A stretch of 64,000 nt of DNA from Candidatus Woesearchaeota archaeon CG1_02_57_44 (GCA_001871415.1 MNWW01000058.1:1-64000), one strand, 5' to 3'; counted from the stretch's first letter, positions 8,300-18,716 are shown. Made by a program: numbers and translations. The notes: generated by a model not told the origin, from the sequence alone.

Positions 8300-9337
8300 T
8301 TATCCGAACAGCTTCTTCCAGCTGGACAGGTAGTCGATGATCACCTGTCTGCGCACTATCCACAGATGCAGTCCGATGAGCACCAGCGCGATGCCATAGG
8401 TGGCGGTCTGCAGGATGGCCATGCTGAGCGCGGGTTCAGCAGCTACGCCAAAGAGCGATAACCCTAGGACGGCCGCGGCCTCAAAAGCACCGGCGATGCC
8501 GACCACATGCCCGGCACTTGCGGCAAGCCCGCTGAGCAGGTCGACGAACAGGAACGGCAACAGTCCGATGTTGATGCCAAATGCCAGCCCGGAAACCCAT
8601 GCAGCAAGGATGGAGAACACGCGCATGAGCACAGAGAGCAGAAAGATCGCCAGGAACTGGCCCTTGCCAATCTTTTGACCCTCGAAGAAACCCTGCACGC
8701 CGTTCTTCAGCTTTTCCAGTGCGCTGGCGGGCATGACATAGGAGAGGGCCCGAAACACAATACGCTCCATGGTCTGCTGTCGGCTGCGCAGCAGGGAAAG
8801 CAAGAGTCCCAGCGCGAGCAGCACCACCGTCAGAACAATGATGCCGATAAGGTAGGGGCCCTGGCGCGCCTGCGGAAAGAGCCAGATGGCAATACCCATC
8901 AATAGGACAAGGAACACACCGTCAAGCACTTTTTCCAGCACGATGTTGCCATAGACGCTGCTGAGTGCGATGTCTGCTCGTTGTGAAAGATAATGCCCCC
9001 GGATGAACTCACCGATATTGATGGGCAAGAGCAGGTTCATCACATGCCCGATGACGGTCGCGTGATAGAGTTCGCTGTACGCGCAGGGTTTGATGCCCAT
9101 GAGCAGGTAGCGCCATCGCAGGGCCTTGACCGCGAGCATGAGCAAGATGAGCAGCACGATGACAGGGACCAGACGCCAGTCGGCATGAGTGAGTACGGTG
9201 GTGAATGACTGAAGCGATATCTGGCTAAACAAGTAGTAGACAATAAGGCCCGTACCAAAAAAGAATATGGGGATGCGGTACCGAAACAAAAGGTCGCGCA
9301 ACAGCGCGCCCGTCTCACGCAGCAGTCGCTTGGCCAT
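8300..9337 (-). CDS. Flippase-like lysylphosphatidylglycerol synthase TM-domain protein
   Basis: ALRWRYLL, NLLLP.NIGEFIR, EKVLD, GAFEAA; polytopic. Confidence 0.85.
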   Translation of the reverse strand: MAKRLLRETGALLRDLLFRYRIPIFFFGTGLIVYYLFSQISLQSFTTVLTHADWRLVPVIVLLILLMLAVKALRWRYLLMGIKPCAYSELYHATVIGHVMNLLLPINIGEFIRGHYLSQRADIALSSVYGNIVLEKVLDGVFLVLLMGIAIWLFPQARQGPYLIGIIVLTVVLLALGLLLSLLRSRQQTMERIVFRALSYVMPASALEKLKNGVQGFFEGQKIGKGQFLAIFLLSVLMRVFSILAAWVSGLAFGINIGLLPFLFVDLLSGLAASAGHVVGIAGAFEAAAVLGLSLFGVAAEPALSMAILQTATYGIALVLIGLHLWIVRRQVIIDYLSSWKKLFG

Positions 9338-9453
9338 GTGATCTAGGGGGAAAACATTGTTTATAACACCTTCTGTCGTTCAGATCGCATCATCGCACCA
9401 ATCCAGCGCAGTGGCGAGCTTAGCAACAGGAAATGCTGAGCGGCGCGCGAAGA

Positions 9454-10227
9454 CTACGCAGAGCCCTTGGTCGTGTCAGCGTTGCCTCCCAGCCAATCAT
9501 AGCCTTCCTGCTCTATCTTGAGCGCCAGACTCGCGTCACCGCTCTTGACTATCCTTCCCTGCACCATGACATGCACCTTGTCAGGCTTGACATGGTCCAG
9601 GATGCGCTGGTAGTGCGTGATGAGCAAGAATCCCATACCCTTCTTGCGCTGCTCATTGATGACCGCGGCAACAGCCCTGACACCGTCGACATCAAGGCCG
9701 GAATCAGGCTCGTCCAGGATGGCGATGGTCGGCTGAAGCAAGGCGAGCTGCAGCATCTCCGAACGTTTCTTTTCGCCGCCCGAAAATCCCTGGTTGAGCT
9801 GACGCTCCGCCATGGCCGGGCTCATGCGAAGGGAGCCTAGCGCCGTATCAAGCTCATGGGAAAAAGCATTGCCTTCAACAGCACTTGCATCAGACGTCCC
9901 TTCCTTTCCAAGCGCATTCTTCGCCGCCTTCACGAACGAGATGATATTGACCCCCGGAATCGCGGGCGGATGCTGGAACAGCAGAAACAACCCCGTTCTG
10001 GCCCGTTCGTCAGCTTCGGTGTTCGTGATATCCTTGCCGTCCATAAGAACACTGCCTGAATCAATGGTGTACATCGGACTTCCCATCACCGCGCTGGCAA
10101 GTGTGCTCTTGCCGCTGCCATTAAGCCCCATGATGGCGACGACTTCGCCAGGCTTCACTGACAAGCTGACCCCTTTGACTATTTCCTTGTCTTTGATGCT
10201 GACGTGCAAATCTTTTATTTCAAGCAT
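9454..10227 (-). CDS. sufC: Fe-S cluster assembly ATPase SufC
   Basis: GLNGSGKST, FSGGEKKR, LDEPDSGLD, ITHYQRIL. Confidence 0.95.
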   Translation of the reverse strand: MLEIKDLHVSIKDKEIVKGVSLSVKPGEVVAIMGLNGSGKSTLASAVMGSPMYTIDSGSVLMDGKDITNTEADERARTGLFLLFQHPPAIPGVNIISFVKAAKNALGKEGTSDASAVEGNAFSHELDTALGSLRMSPAMAERQLNQGFSGGEKKRSEMLQLALLQPTIAILDEPDSGLDVDGVRAVAAVINEQRKKGMGFLLITHYQRILDHVKPDKVHVMVQGRIVKSGDASLALKIEQEGYDWLGGNADTTKGSA

Positions 10228-10855
10228 GGTTGTTCCCTCCTGATGATGCGATGAGCGTGGATGCTGGAGATTTCTGCCCGGAATCACCGGCAGCAGCATT
10301 TGCCTCAATCGCCTCAAGATATTCCAGTTGTGCCTTCATCACCGCTTTCTTGTACGCCTGCAGCGCGAGCGTGGCGCACTTGAGGCGCATGGGCACGACA
10401 GGGATGCCGAGGATGCCGAGCATGCCCTCAGGCGTCAGGCCCATGAGCGCTGACAATGGTCTGCCTTTCATCGCTTCGCTGAGCTTTGACGCGGCGGCCA
10501 TGCTGATGCAGCACCCCCTGCCCTTGAAGCTGATGTCCTCGATGATTGCGTTGCCTATCTCATCAACAGCAGCGCGTGTCGGGCGAGTCCCGGAATCAGC
10601 AGCAGTTTCACTTCGTACCCTGATATAGACCGCTATCTCATCGCCGCAGTGAGGATTGTGGTCATGATAGCACCATGCTCCCGCCACCTCCCTGAAGTTG
10701 CAGGGATGCTTGCAATGATGCATGATGTCATCGCGATACATGGCATCGGCCGACGAGGAGCGTCCATCATCGCGACTAACAGGAGTGCCGCGTACTGATT
10801 CATCATGCGCCTCCCCCGCGCGCCCGCTACCCGTCAGGTCTGCGCTCTCATTCAT
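10220..10855 (-). CDS. sufU: SufU/IscU-like scaffold or sulfur-transfer protein
   Basis: NPHCGD, GCCISMA, RLKCATL. Confidence 0.9.
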   Translation of the reverse strand: MNESADLTGSGRAGEAHDESVRGTPVSRDDGRSSSADAMYRDDIMHHCKHPCNFREVAGAWCYHDHNPHCGDEIAVYIRVRSETAADSGTRPTRAAVDEIGNAIIEDISFKGRGCCISMAAASKLSEAMKGRPLSALMGLTPEGMLGILGIPVVPMRLKCATLALQAYKKAVMKAQLEYLEAIEANAAAGDSGQKSPASTLIASSGGNNHA

Positions 10856-12134
10856 GCTGCCACCTCGCGGCAATCCCTGCGACGGCATCGGTAAACAAGC
10901 GCACCTCAGCAATATCATTGTATACGTAAAAACTCGCGCGGGTCGTGCCATTGACGCCAAGCGCGGCCATCAGCGGCATGGCGCAGTGGTGCCCACCGCG
11001 CACAGCGATGCCCTGCGCGTCCAGCAAGGTACTCATGTCATGCGGATGCGCAGGTGCGGTGAAGCTTGCGATGCCCGATGCGTTGGCGTTGCGTCCATCA
11101 GCAGTGATACCAGCGTCGCCAAGAACCCGCACGCCATCAATCACCGACAGCGCCTCGCGTGCCTTCCTGCCGAGCAATCCGACGTGTTCATGCACCTGCT
11201 CCATGCCAAGCGAAGAAAGATAATCAACAGCCGCTCCCAAGCCGACAGCTTCGGCTATAGGCGGCGTCCCCGCTTCAAAGCGATGTGGCAATTCCGCGAA
11301 CTCGGTATCCTCCTTGCCCACCTTGCGTATCATATCGCCTCCCATGATAAAGGGTGATAGCTCTGACAACGCATCTTCAGTTCCCCACAACACGCCGATG
11401 CCGGTCGGCCCCAGCATCTTATGGCCGGAGAACGCGAGGAAATCCGCGCCTATCTTCCTGACATCCGTTGGTTGATGAGGGATGCATTGCGCGCCATCAG
11501 CAACCAGAAGCGCGCCAGCGTCATGCGCGATGTCCGCGAGCTCCCTGATATTCTGATTGGTGCCCAATGCGTTGCTGGTCTGCGTGACAGCCAGCACGCG
11601 AAGTTTAGGCGCCGTGGTAGTGCCGTTTGCTGGACCGCGCGTCGTCCTCCGCAGTCCAGCCACCAGCTCTTTGACCTGTTCAATATCAACCATGCCGTCC
11701 TGCTGGCGGGCGATGAGAAAGCGTGCGCCTGTGCGGATGCATTGCTGCTGCCAGGGAACGAAGTTCGCGTGGTGCTCGAGCTCGGTCACCATGACCGCGT
11801 CGTCGCGGCCAAGTCCCAGCCCATAGGCAGGGATGTTGAGCGCTTCGGTCGCGTTCTTCGTGAATATGATGTCCTGCGACCGCGCTCCTATGAATCGCGC
11901 GACCTTCTCCCGGGCACCCTCATACGCGTCGGTCGCCTCTCCGGCGAGGGTGTGCACACCCCGATGGATGTTCGCGTTATGCCGGACATAGTACTGTTCC
12001 ATCGCGTCAAGCACCTGTCGGGGCTTCTGCGTGGTCGCCGCGTTGTCTAGATACGCTAATGGCTCGCCATGAACACGGCGCGAGAGCAGGGGAAAATCAT
12101 CCCTGATACCCGCAATATTTTTTGACTCTGCCAT
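10848..12134 (-). CDS. sufS: Cysteine desulfurase SufS
   Basis: YLDNAATTQKP, FSGHKMLGPTG, RGGHHCA. Confidence 0.97.
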   Translation of the reverse strand: MAESKNIAGIRDDFPLLSRRVHGEPLAYLDNAATTQKPRQVLDAMEQYYVRHNANIHRGVHTLAGEATDAYEGAREKVARFIGARSQDIIFTKNATEALNIPAYGLGLGRDDAVMVTELEHHANFVPWQQQCIRTGARFLIARQQDGMVDIEQVKELVAGLRRTTRGPANGTTTAPKLRVLAVTQTSNALGTNQNIRELADIAHDAGALLVADGAQCIPHQPTDVRKIGADFLAFSGHKMLGPTGIGVLWGTEDALSELSPFIMGGDMIRKVGKEDTEFAELPHRFEAGTPPIAEAVGLGAAVDYLSSLGMEQVHEHVGLLGRKAREALSVIDGVRVLGDAGITADGRNANASGIASFTAPAHPHDMSTLLDAQGIAVRGGHHCAMPLMAALGVNGTTRASFYVYNDIAEVRLFTDAVAGIAARWQHE

Positions 12135-12141
12135 GATATAA

Positions 12142-13350
12142 TCACCGTGAGGGATCTATAGACCTTTGGTGGGATTCCACCAGGGTCGCGAGCATGCCAT
12201 GCAAGTGCGCGCTGGCGAGTGTGTGCTCCTGCTCAGTAAGTCCGTGCATCACCTGAGAAAAAAAACCATGTACCAGCAGCGAGCGCGCCTGCGCCGCGCT
12301 GATGCCTCGGCTTCGCACGTAAAACATCGTCTCTTCGTCAAGTCGCGATATGGTCGCGCCGTGCGCGCAGCTGACTTTATTGTTGTCCGTGACCAGGTTG
12401 GGAATAGCATTGGCCTGCGCGTCAGGTGAGAGCAGCAGGAAATCCGCCTTCTGTTGACCATCGGCGTCGCTGGCGTCGCGCGCTATTCTGACGAGTCCTT
12501 CGAAACGCGCAATGCCCTTGCCTGTGACCGCGCTTTTTGCCAGCAGATCGCTGCGGGTGTTACGGCCGACATGATGCGCGTCTGTCGCCAGTTCAGCAGT
12601 GCCGCCCGTAACGATGAACCCCTGCCTGACCTGCGCAGACACATTGTCTTCGAGCACGGTCTCAATGCGCGACCAGGTGGACTGCTGAGATCCGATGATA
12701 TCTGAGAGCTGCAGCATGCATCCGTCTTCGCACCTGACGCCCATGCTCAGGAGCCGCGGCTCTGATGTCGATGAGAGCAATAGCAACCTTGGCCTGCTGC
12801 CCTGCTTACAGACGACGTCGATGCGCGATAGGCGTACCCTGCCCTGTGCTCGAAGGACGACGGTCGCGCTGCTGCGCTCGCCGAACACGATGACGGTGCG
12901 GCTGATGCCCGCGGGCTCATTAATGATGCATGGTGTTGCCCAGTCGGCGCCATCAGGAACCGCAAGCACCGTGCCCGCGGACCACCAGGCCTGTATGGCC
13001 GAATTGGCCTCAAGCACCTGCCCGGCCTTTCGCGGCTCAAGCAGGGTGTTGTGCGTCGTGATATCCTGCTCAAGCACTGCGCGGATATCCTTCAGCAGAG
13101 ATGACCTTGCATTGTCCGTGGCGTTGTCTGCGACAACCGCTTCCTGCAGACTGAGCGCAGGAGCCGGAAGCGCTGGCGCCTGGGTGCCTTGCAGCAGAGT
13201 ATCAAAGTTATTGCCGAGACGTGAGCGCAGGAAGACTAATCGCCCACGGGCCGATAGCGATGCTACGGCTCGCTCACGCGTCGCCGCGAGCCACGATGGC
13301 TCATTTCGGCCAAGCTGCGCGGAGAGCCTCGGGTTCAAGGAGAGATTCAT
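12142..13350 (-). CDS. sufD: Fe-S cluster assembly protein SufD
   Basis: C-terminal VSCAHGAT..FYVRSRGI; lies between sufB and sufS. Confidence 0.88.
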   Translation of the reverse strand: MNLSLNPRLSAQLGRNEPSWLAATRERAVASLSARGRLVFLRSRLGNNFDTLLQGTQAPALPAPALSLQEAVVADNATDNARSSLLKDIRAVLEQDITTHNTLLEPRKAGQVLEANSAIQAWWSAGTVLAVPDGADWATPCIINEPAGISRTVIVFGERSSATVVLRAQGRVRLSRIDVVCKQGSRPRLLLLSSTSEPRLLSMGVRCEDGCMLQLSDIIGSQQSTWSRIETVLEDNVSAQVRQGFIVTGGTAELATDAHHVGRNTRSDLLAKSAVTGKGIARFEGLVRIARDASDADGQQKADFLLLSPDAQANAIPNLVTDNNKVSCAHGATISRLDEETMFYVRSRGISAAQARSLLVHGFFSQVMHGLTEQEHTLASAHLHGMLATLVESHQRSIDPSR

Positions 13351-14822
13351 CCGATGCTCCCCTCCATCTCCAGCTCGATGAGCCGGTTGAGCTCGACGGC
13401 GTATTCCATGGGCAGCGCCCGTAGGATAGGCTCCATAAATCCGGAGACGATCATGCGCACCGCCTCTTCCTGCGAGAGCCCCCGGGTCATGAGATAGAAG
13501 ACCTGCTCTTCGCTGATGCGACCGACCGTCGCCTCGTGTGCGATATCGGCCGTCTCCTCGGAGACCTGGATGACTGGAATGGTGCCGCTCCTGCTCTGCG
13601 GGTCCATCATGAGCGCGTCGCAGTTCGTGCTGTTCTTGGCGTTGCTCGCGCCTTTCGCGATGCGCAGCAGGCCGCGATACATGGTGATGCCACCGCCGGA
13701 GCTGATGCTCTTGGACGTGATGGTGCTGCTCGTGTCCTTGCCCAGATGGATGACCTTGCTACCGGTATCCTGGTTCTGGCCGGGTCCCGCGAACGCGACA
13801 CCCAGGAAATCCGCCCGGCTGCGGTCGCCCTTCAGGACGCTGCACGGATAGAGCATCGTGACATTGCTGCCAAGGTTGCCGTTGACCCATTCGACGACGC
13901 CGGCTTCCTCGACAATGGCGCGCTTGGTGTTGAGATTGAAGGTATTCTTGCTCCAGTTCTCGACGCTGCTGTAGCGCGCGGTCGCGTGCTCATACACGAA
14001 GATCTCCACGCATCCCGCGTGCAGGTTGTTGACGCTGTATTGCGGCGCGCTGCACCCTTCGATGTAATGCACTGACGCGCTTTTGTCAACGATGATGAGC
14101 GTGTGCTCGAACTGCCCCATGCCCGGGCTGTTCATGCGAAAGTACGCCTGCATGGGAACGAGCATCGATACTCCGGGCGGAACGTAGATGAAGGTCCCTC
14201 CGCTCCAGACCGCGGCGTGCAGCGCCGCGAACTTGTGGTCGGTGATGGGGACACATCGGGTCATGAAATGCTTTTTGACCAGCTCAGGATATTTGCGCAG
14301 CGCGACATCCATGTTCTCGAAGATGACACCCTTTCGTGACCATTCTTCCTTGAGATGGTGATACACGACTTCGCTCTCGTACTGCGCGCCCGCGCCAGCA
14401 AGCGCTTTCTGTTCCGCCTCAGGGATGCCCAATTTCTGGAAGGTGCGCTTGATGTCATCAGGGACATTGTCCCACTTGTGCTCATTGGTCTGCTCCACTG
14501 CGCGAAGGTAGTAGGTGATCTTGTCAAGGTCCAGTTGCAGGTGCGGCCCCCACTCAGGCAGGGGCATTGCCTTGAACGCCTTCAGACCGGCAAGCCGCTT
14601 CTGCAACATCCAGTCTGGCTCGTTCTTCTCCTTGGATATCATGCGCACGACGTCTTCCGTGATGCCAGGAGGCGCACGCTTGGTGAACAGGACAGGATTC
14701 TTATGGTCGAACATCTCGCGCGCGATGCTCAGCTGCATTGCATGCTGCGCTGAGGCCTGGCTGACCTTGGCGCCATGCGCGCCGCCAGGCGTCCCTTCCT
14801 GCTGTAGGATGGGCAGGCTCAT
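13347..14822 (-). CDS. sufB: Fe-S cluster assembly protein SufB
   Basis: AQYESE, GQFEHTLII, HYIEGCSAP, HEATVG, LPMEYAVELNRLI. Confidence 0.97.
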   Translation of the reverse strand: MSLPILQQEGTPGGAHGAKVSQASAQHAMQLSIAREMFDHKNPVLFTKRAPPGITEDVVRMISKEKNEPDWMLQKRLAGLKAFKAMPLPEWGPHLQLDLDKITYYLRAVEQTNEHKWDNVPDDIKRTFQKLGIPEAEQKALAGAGAQYESEVVYHHLKEEWSRKGVIFENMDVALRKYPELVKKHFMTRCVPITDHKFAALHAAVWSGGTFIYVPPGVSMLVPMQAYFRMNSPGMGQFEHTLIIVDKSASVHYIEGCSAPQYSVNNLHAGCVEIFVYEHATARYSSVENWSKNTFNLNTKRAIVEEAGVVEWVNGNLGSNVTMLYPCSVLKGDRSRADFLGVAFAGPGQNQDTGSKVIHLGKDTSSTITSKSISSGGGITMYRGLLRIAKGASNAKNSTNCDALMMDPQSRSGTIPVIQVSEETADIAHEATVGRISEEQVFYLMTRGLSQEEAVRMIVSGFMEPILRALPMEYAVELNRLIELEMEGSIG

Positions 14823-15382
14823 GGCGAACGCCTCCGCGACGACTTCGTGCTTGAGGAAGGCAGGTCGACCTGGCGCTTGCCTGCCGCAGCCTCCTGCAGC
14901 CTGCTGCAGACCGGGCAGTTGGAATGGATGTGCTCATCGAGCACATAAAAGAGGCCTGACGACGCGCCAGCGATGGTCGCGCTCTTGCCGCCGCCTCTCG
15001 CAAAGAGCGCATGGGCAGGCGCCGCGACCCAGCTGCGCTCATTGAGCGAATAGAGGATGCGCTTGCCTGCGCGCTCGGTCGTGACGATGCTGCACGCCCG
15101 CAGCTTGGCGAGCGCGTGGCTGACCTTGGTGCGCTCTGCGCTGACAGCGCGGGCGATCCCAGAGACACTTAGAGGACCATCGCGCAGCAGCTCGACTATC
15201 TGCAGGCGAAGGTCATTGCTGAGCGTCTCCATGCAGAGATGATACGGATGGGCGAAGCTGCAGCCATCGGGGAGGGTTTTGCCAGCAGCAGAGCTGGATG
15301 CGGCAGAGCCTGATGCAGCATCTCCTGCTGATCCTGCAGGATATGTCCCCGGGGCCGCAGCCTTTGGTGAAGTGCTTTTCAC
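14819..15382 (-). CDS. ArsR-family regulator heading the suf operon, with Cys/His residues
   Basis: TLSNDLRLQIVELL..VSHALAKLR..GKRILYSL; C-terminal EHIHSNCPVC; start uncertain. Confidence 0.85.
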   Translation of the reverse strand: MKSTSPKAAAPGTYPAGSAGDAASGSAASSSAAGKTLPDGCSFAHPYHLCMETLSNDLRLQIVELLRDGPLSVSGIARAVSAERTKVSHALAKLRACSIVTTERAGKRILYSLNERSWVAAPAHALFARGGGKSATIAGASSGLFYVLDEHIHSNCPVCSRLQEAAAGKRQVDLPSSSTKSSRRRSP

Positions 15383-15389
15383 GTGAAAA
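15376..15389. promoter_or_regulatory. Perfect 14-bp palindrome TTTTCACGTGAAAA over the ArsR start; candidate operator
   Basis: Seen directly; minus-strand TTTATATATAA TATA box at about 15402-15412. Confidence 0.6.
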
Positions 15390-15518
15390 ATAATTCACCC
15401 GTTATATATAAATGTTTAGAATCCGAAGGCCTAGCGTCTTGTACTACATACAGGAGATTCCATCAGATCGCCACATCCAGCGACAATGCTTTTATACACA
15501 ACACCCTTCCGCCTCACC

Positions 15519-16793
15519 ATGCTCGATATAGCGTATGTGCGCGAGAACCAGGATGCAGTACGAAAGAACCTGGAGCGCCGACAGGACCCGGAGAAGCTGC
15601 AGCTGCTGGACAACGCTCTTGCATTGGATGTCGAATGGCGCAAGATGAAGACAATACTCGACCTGCTGCGCCAAAAGCGCAACCAATCCAGCAAGAGCAT
15701 CAATGAAGCGAGAAAGAAAGGCGATGACATCGCGCCGTTGCTGGCTGAAGCAAAAACACTGCCTGATCAGATCCGCAAGGCCGAGGAAGACGAGCAGCAG
15801 CTGCAGGAGCGCCTGCGCACGCTCATGATGCGCATACCGAATCTTCTGCATGATTCCGTGCCGTATGGCGAGGACGAGTCAGGCAACGTGGTTGTCAAGA
15901 CCTGGGGCGAGCCGCGAAAGGACGCTCCGGCGCTGCCGCACGGCGAGCTGCTGGTGTCGCTTGGATTGGCTGATTTTGACAAGGCCGCAGAAGTAGCAGG
16001 CCAGGGTTTCAACTATCTCTTCGGCGACATGGCGCTGCTGAACTTGTCGCTGCAACGATTCGCGCTGGACAAGCTGCAGGCCAAGGGATTCTGCCCGGTC
16101 ATGCCGCCGTACATGCTCAGAAGAAAGCCCTACGAGGGCGTCACTGACCTCGCGGATTTCGAGACCATGATGTACAAGATAGACGGCGAGGACCTGCACC
16201 TCATCGCGACGAGCGAGCATCCCATCGCGGCGCTGCTCATGGGCGAGGTGCTCGAGGACAAAGCGCTGCCTGTCCTGTACGCAGGCGTGAGCCCGTGTTT
16301 TCGCAAGGAACTGGGAAGCCATGGCGTGGACGAGAAAGGCATCTTCCGCGTGCACATATTCCAGAAGATAGAGCAGTTCGTGTTCTGCAGGCCCGAAGAG
16401 TCCTGGGAGTGGCATGAGAAGATACTCGCCAATGCCGAGGAGCTCTTCCGGGAGCTGGAGCTGCCGTATCGCGTCGTCAATATCTGCACCGGCGATATAG
16501 GCATCGTGGCCGCCAAGAAGTATGATCTGGAGGTCTGGATGCCAAGGGAGCAGCAGTACAAGGAAGCGGTCTCCTGCAGCAACTGCACAGGGTATCAGGC
16601 AGTACGGCTCAATATCAAGTATCACGCGAAAGAGGAGCGAAAGCACGTGCACACGCTCAACAGCACAGCCATCGCGGTGCAGCGCGCCATGCGCGCCATC
16701 GTCGAGAACCACGCGCAGCCTGACGGGACCATCCGTGTGCCACAGGCGCTTGTTCCCTATATGGGAAAGGATGTCATCGGCAAGCGCTCGTGA
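15519..16793 (+). CDS. serS: Serine--tRNA ligase
   Basis: MLDI start, coiled coil, LIATSE, FRKE, GIFRVH, SCSNC, HTLN. Confidence 0.97.
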   Translation: MLDIAYVRENQDAVRKNLERRQDPEKLQLLDNALALDVEWRKMKTILDLLRQKRNQSSKSINEARKKGDDIAPLLAEAKTLPDQIRKAEEDEQQLQERLRTLMMRIPNLLHDSVPYGEDESGNVVVKTWGEPRKDAPALPHGELLVSLGLADFDKAAEVAGQGFNYLFGDMALLNLSLQRFALDKLQAKGFCPVMPPYMLRRKPYEGVTDLADFETMMYKIDGEDLHLIATSEHPIAALLMGEVLEDKALPVLYAGVSPCFRKELGSHGVDEKGIFRVHIFQKIEQFVFCRPEESWEWHEKILANAEELFRELELPYRVVNICTGDIGIVAAKKYDLEVWMPREQQYKEAVSCSNCTGYQAVRLNIKYHAKEERKHVHTLNSTAIAVQRAMRAIVENHAQPDGTIRVPQALVPYMGKDVIGKRS

Positions 16794-16853
16794 AAGCGAC
16801 AGGAGCTACTGAGAGCGTCCCTTCAGCTGAGTCTGCCCTACAGAACAACGGCC

Positions 16854-17243
16854 TTAGCTGCCATCCCTGCACGCGATCAGTATCCCTGCCAAGCCGGTCA
16901 GCAGGTCCTGTTCTTCTATCAGCGGCTCATCCTGCACCAAGAGCAGGTAGCTCATGCCATCAGCACCCGGTTCAAGGTAGTGCGCGTGGAGCAGATATCC
17001 GGGCGCGGTCATGATGACAGGCGGGATCTCCTCATCCCGCATGCCATGGCCGGCCTCCCATCGCTCTTCCACGTCGAGCCTGCCACCGCACTCTCCGAGC
17101 AGATAGCGCTCCATCGCATCCATGGTATCACTGAACAGATGATAGGGCAGCTCGCCCCGATAGGACAGGACGATCTCCTCAGGCAGGAGCAGGATGTGCT
17201 GATACGCGAGGATGCTCTCTCGTTCATGGGGCAGGACGCTCAT
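16854..17243 (-). CDS. Hypothetical acidic protein
   Basis: Fills intergenic space; no recognised motif. Confidence 0.55.
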   Translation of the reverse strand: MSVLPHERESILAYQHILLLPEEIVLSYRGELPYHLFSDTMDAMERYLLGECGGRLDVEERWEAGHGMRDEEIPPVIMTAPGYLLHAHYLEPGADGMSYLLLVQDEPLIEEQDLLTGLAGILIACRDGS

Positions 17244-17397
17244 GACTCAGGGGATTAAGCAGAGATTCAAAAACCATTCCCCGCATGATGGCAAGATTTG
17301 CGGTAGATTCAGTGAATGCCTTCAGCGCACAGCCCCACTGGTCATCCTGCCGAATCACATATAAAGCCCCGCCTCCTCCGTCATTGCCGACAGCCGC

Positions 17398-18573
17398 ATG
17401 ACCAATTACTCACACTCGCGCATCAGCACCTTTGAGCAGTGCCGCTACAAGTATAAGCTCCAGTACATCGACCGCGTCAAGGTCGATATACCCAATACTG
17501 TAGAGGCATTCATGGGCGGCATTGTCCACGAGGCCCTGGCACGGCTCTATCAGGACCTGCTTGACGGCCATCTCATGGACAAGCGCGCGCTGCTCGTCTA
17601 CTACCAGGACCGATGGGCGAAGCAATGGAGCGACGACATCCTCATCGCGCGTGAGGAGATGACCGCAGGAGACTATATCCAGAAGGGCGCGCAGTTCCTG
17701 GCAGACTACTACGATGCCAATGCACCATTCAAGGGTCGAAGGGTGTTGGGCCTGGAGACGCAGGATTACCTGCGCCTCAGCGCGCGGGATGGTTATCACG
17801 TGCGCATCGACCGTCTGGAATGCGATGATGCGGGCAACTACTTTGTCTGCGACTACAAGACCTCAGGACGGTTGGCGACCAAGGATGACGTGGACCACGA
17901 CAGGCAATTGGCCATGTACAGCATCTGGGTGCGCGAGCAGTTCCCGGATTGCAAGGATGTCAAGCTGGTATGGCACTATCTTGCGTTCAGCAAGACGCTG
18001 ATGAGTACGCGCACCCCCGCGCAGCTGGCTGCCCTGAAAGCGCAGGTGCTGCGGACCATCAGCACGATAGAGTCATGCAAGGACCCCAAGGAGTTTCCCA
18101 CCAATCCATCGCGCCTGTGCGACTGGTGCGTCTACAAGTCTCTCTGCCCCGCGTTCGCGCACGAGCGCAAACTTGAGCAGCTGCCTGCGGAGGACATCAG
18201 GACAGAAGACGGCGTGCAACTGGTGGACCGCTACACCCTGCTGCAGGATGAGAAGCGCGGCATCGAGCAGGAGCTGGATGGCCTGCGGCAAAAGCTCATC
18301 GCCTATGCCGAGCACGAAGGCATCGATACGGTCTATGGGCGCAGCATGAAGGTGACGGTCAAAGGCCAGCAAACCTTGCGCTTCCCGCCAAAGGAAGAAC
18401 GCGGAGCATTGGTCGCGATGCTCAGGGAAGCAGGACTGTTCGAGCAGGTCGCGGATATCGACACGACCAAGCTCAGGAAGCTACTGCCTGACCTGCCGCC
18501 GAATGTGCGCGAGCAGCTTGGCGCCTTCTTGCAGAAAGTGCTGGAGTATCGCGTGACGAGCGCGAAACGATGA
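17398..18573 (+). CDS. PD-(D/E)XK RecB/Cas4-like nuclease with 4-Cys Fe-S ligands and C-terminal extension
   Basis: YSHSRISTFEQC, VHEAL, RIDRL, DYKT, QLAMY, CDWC..C. Confidence 0.9.
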   Translation: MTNYSHSRISTFEQCRYKYKLQYIDRVKVDIPNTVEAFMGGIVHEALARLYQDLLDGHLMDKRALLVYYQDRWAKQWSDDILIAREEMTAGDYIQKGAQFLADYYDANAPFKGRRVLGLETQDYLRLSARDGYHVRIDRLECDDAGNYFVCDYKTSGRLATKDDVDHDRQLAMYSIWVREQFPDCKDVKLVWHYLAFSKTLMSTRTPAQLAALKAQVLRTISTIESCKDPKEFPTNPSRLCDWCVYKSLCPAFAHERKLEQLPAEDIRTEDGVQLVDRYTLLQDEKRGIEQELDGLRQKLIAYAEHEGIDTVYGRSMKVTVKGQQTLRFPPKEERGALVAMLREAGLFEQVADIDTTKLRKLLPDLPPNVREQLGAFLQKVLEYRVTSAKR

Positions 18574-18648
18574 ATTCTTGCAGGTACTATTACGAAAGCT
18601 GCCCAACTGTCGGATGCCCCGCTGCCCCGGATGCCTCTTCGCCGGCAG

Positions 18649-18716
18649 GATGCCCCCTGAGGTCTGATGCCCCCTGAGGTCTGATGCCCGCTGAGGTCTG
18701 ATGCCCCCTGAGGTCT
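18649..18716. repeat. 17-bp tandem repeat x4
   Basis: GATGCCCCCTGAGGTCT units without spacers. Confidence 0.92.

Noticed and set aside
18649..18716. CRISPR array next to the Cas4-like gene
   Set aside because: Contiguous 17-bp units without spacers
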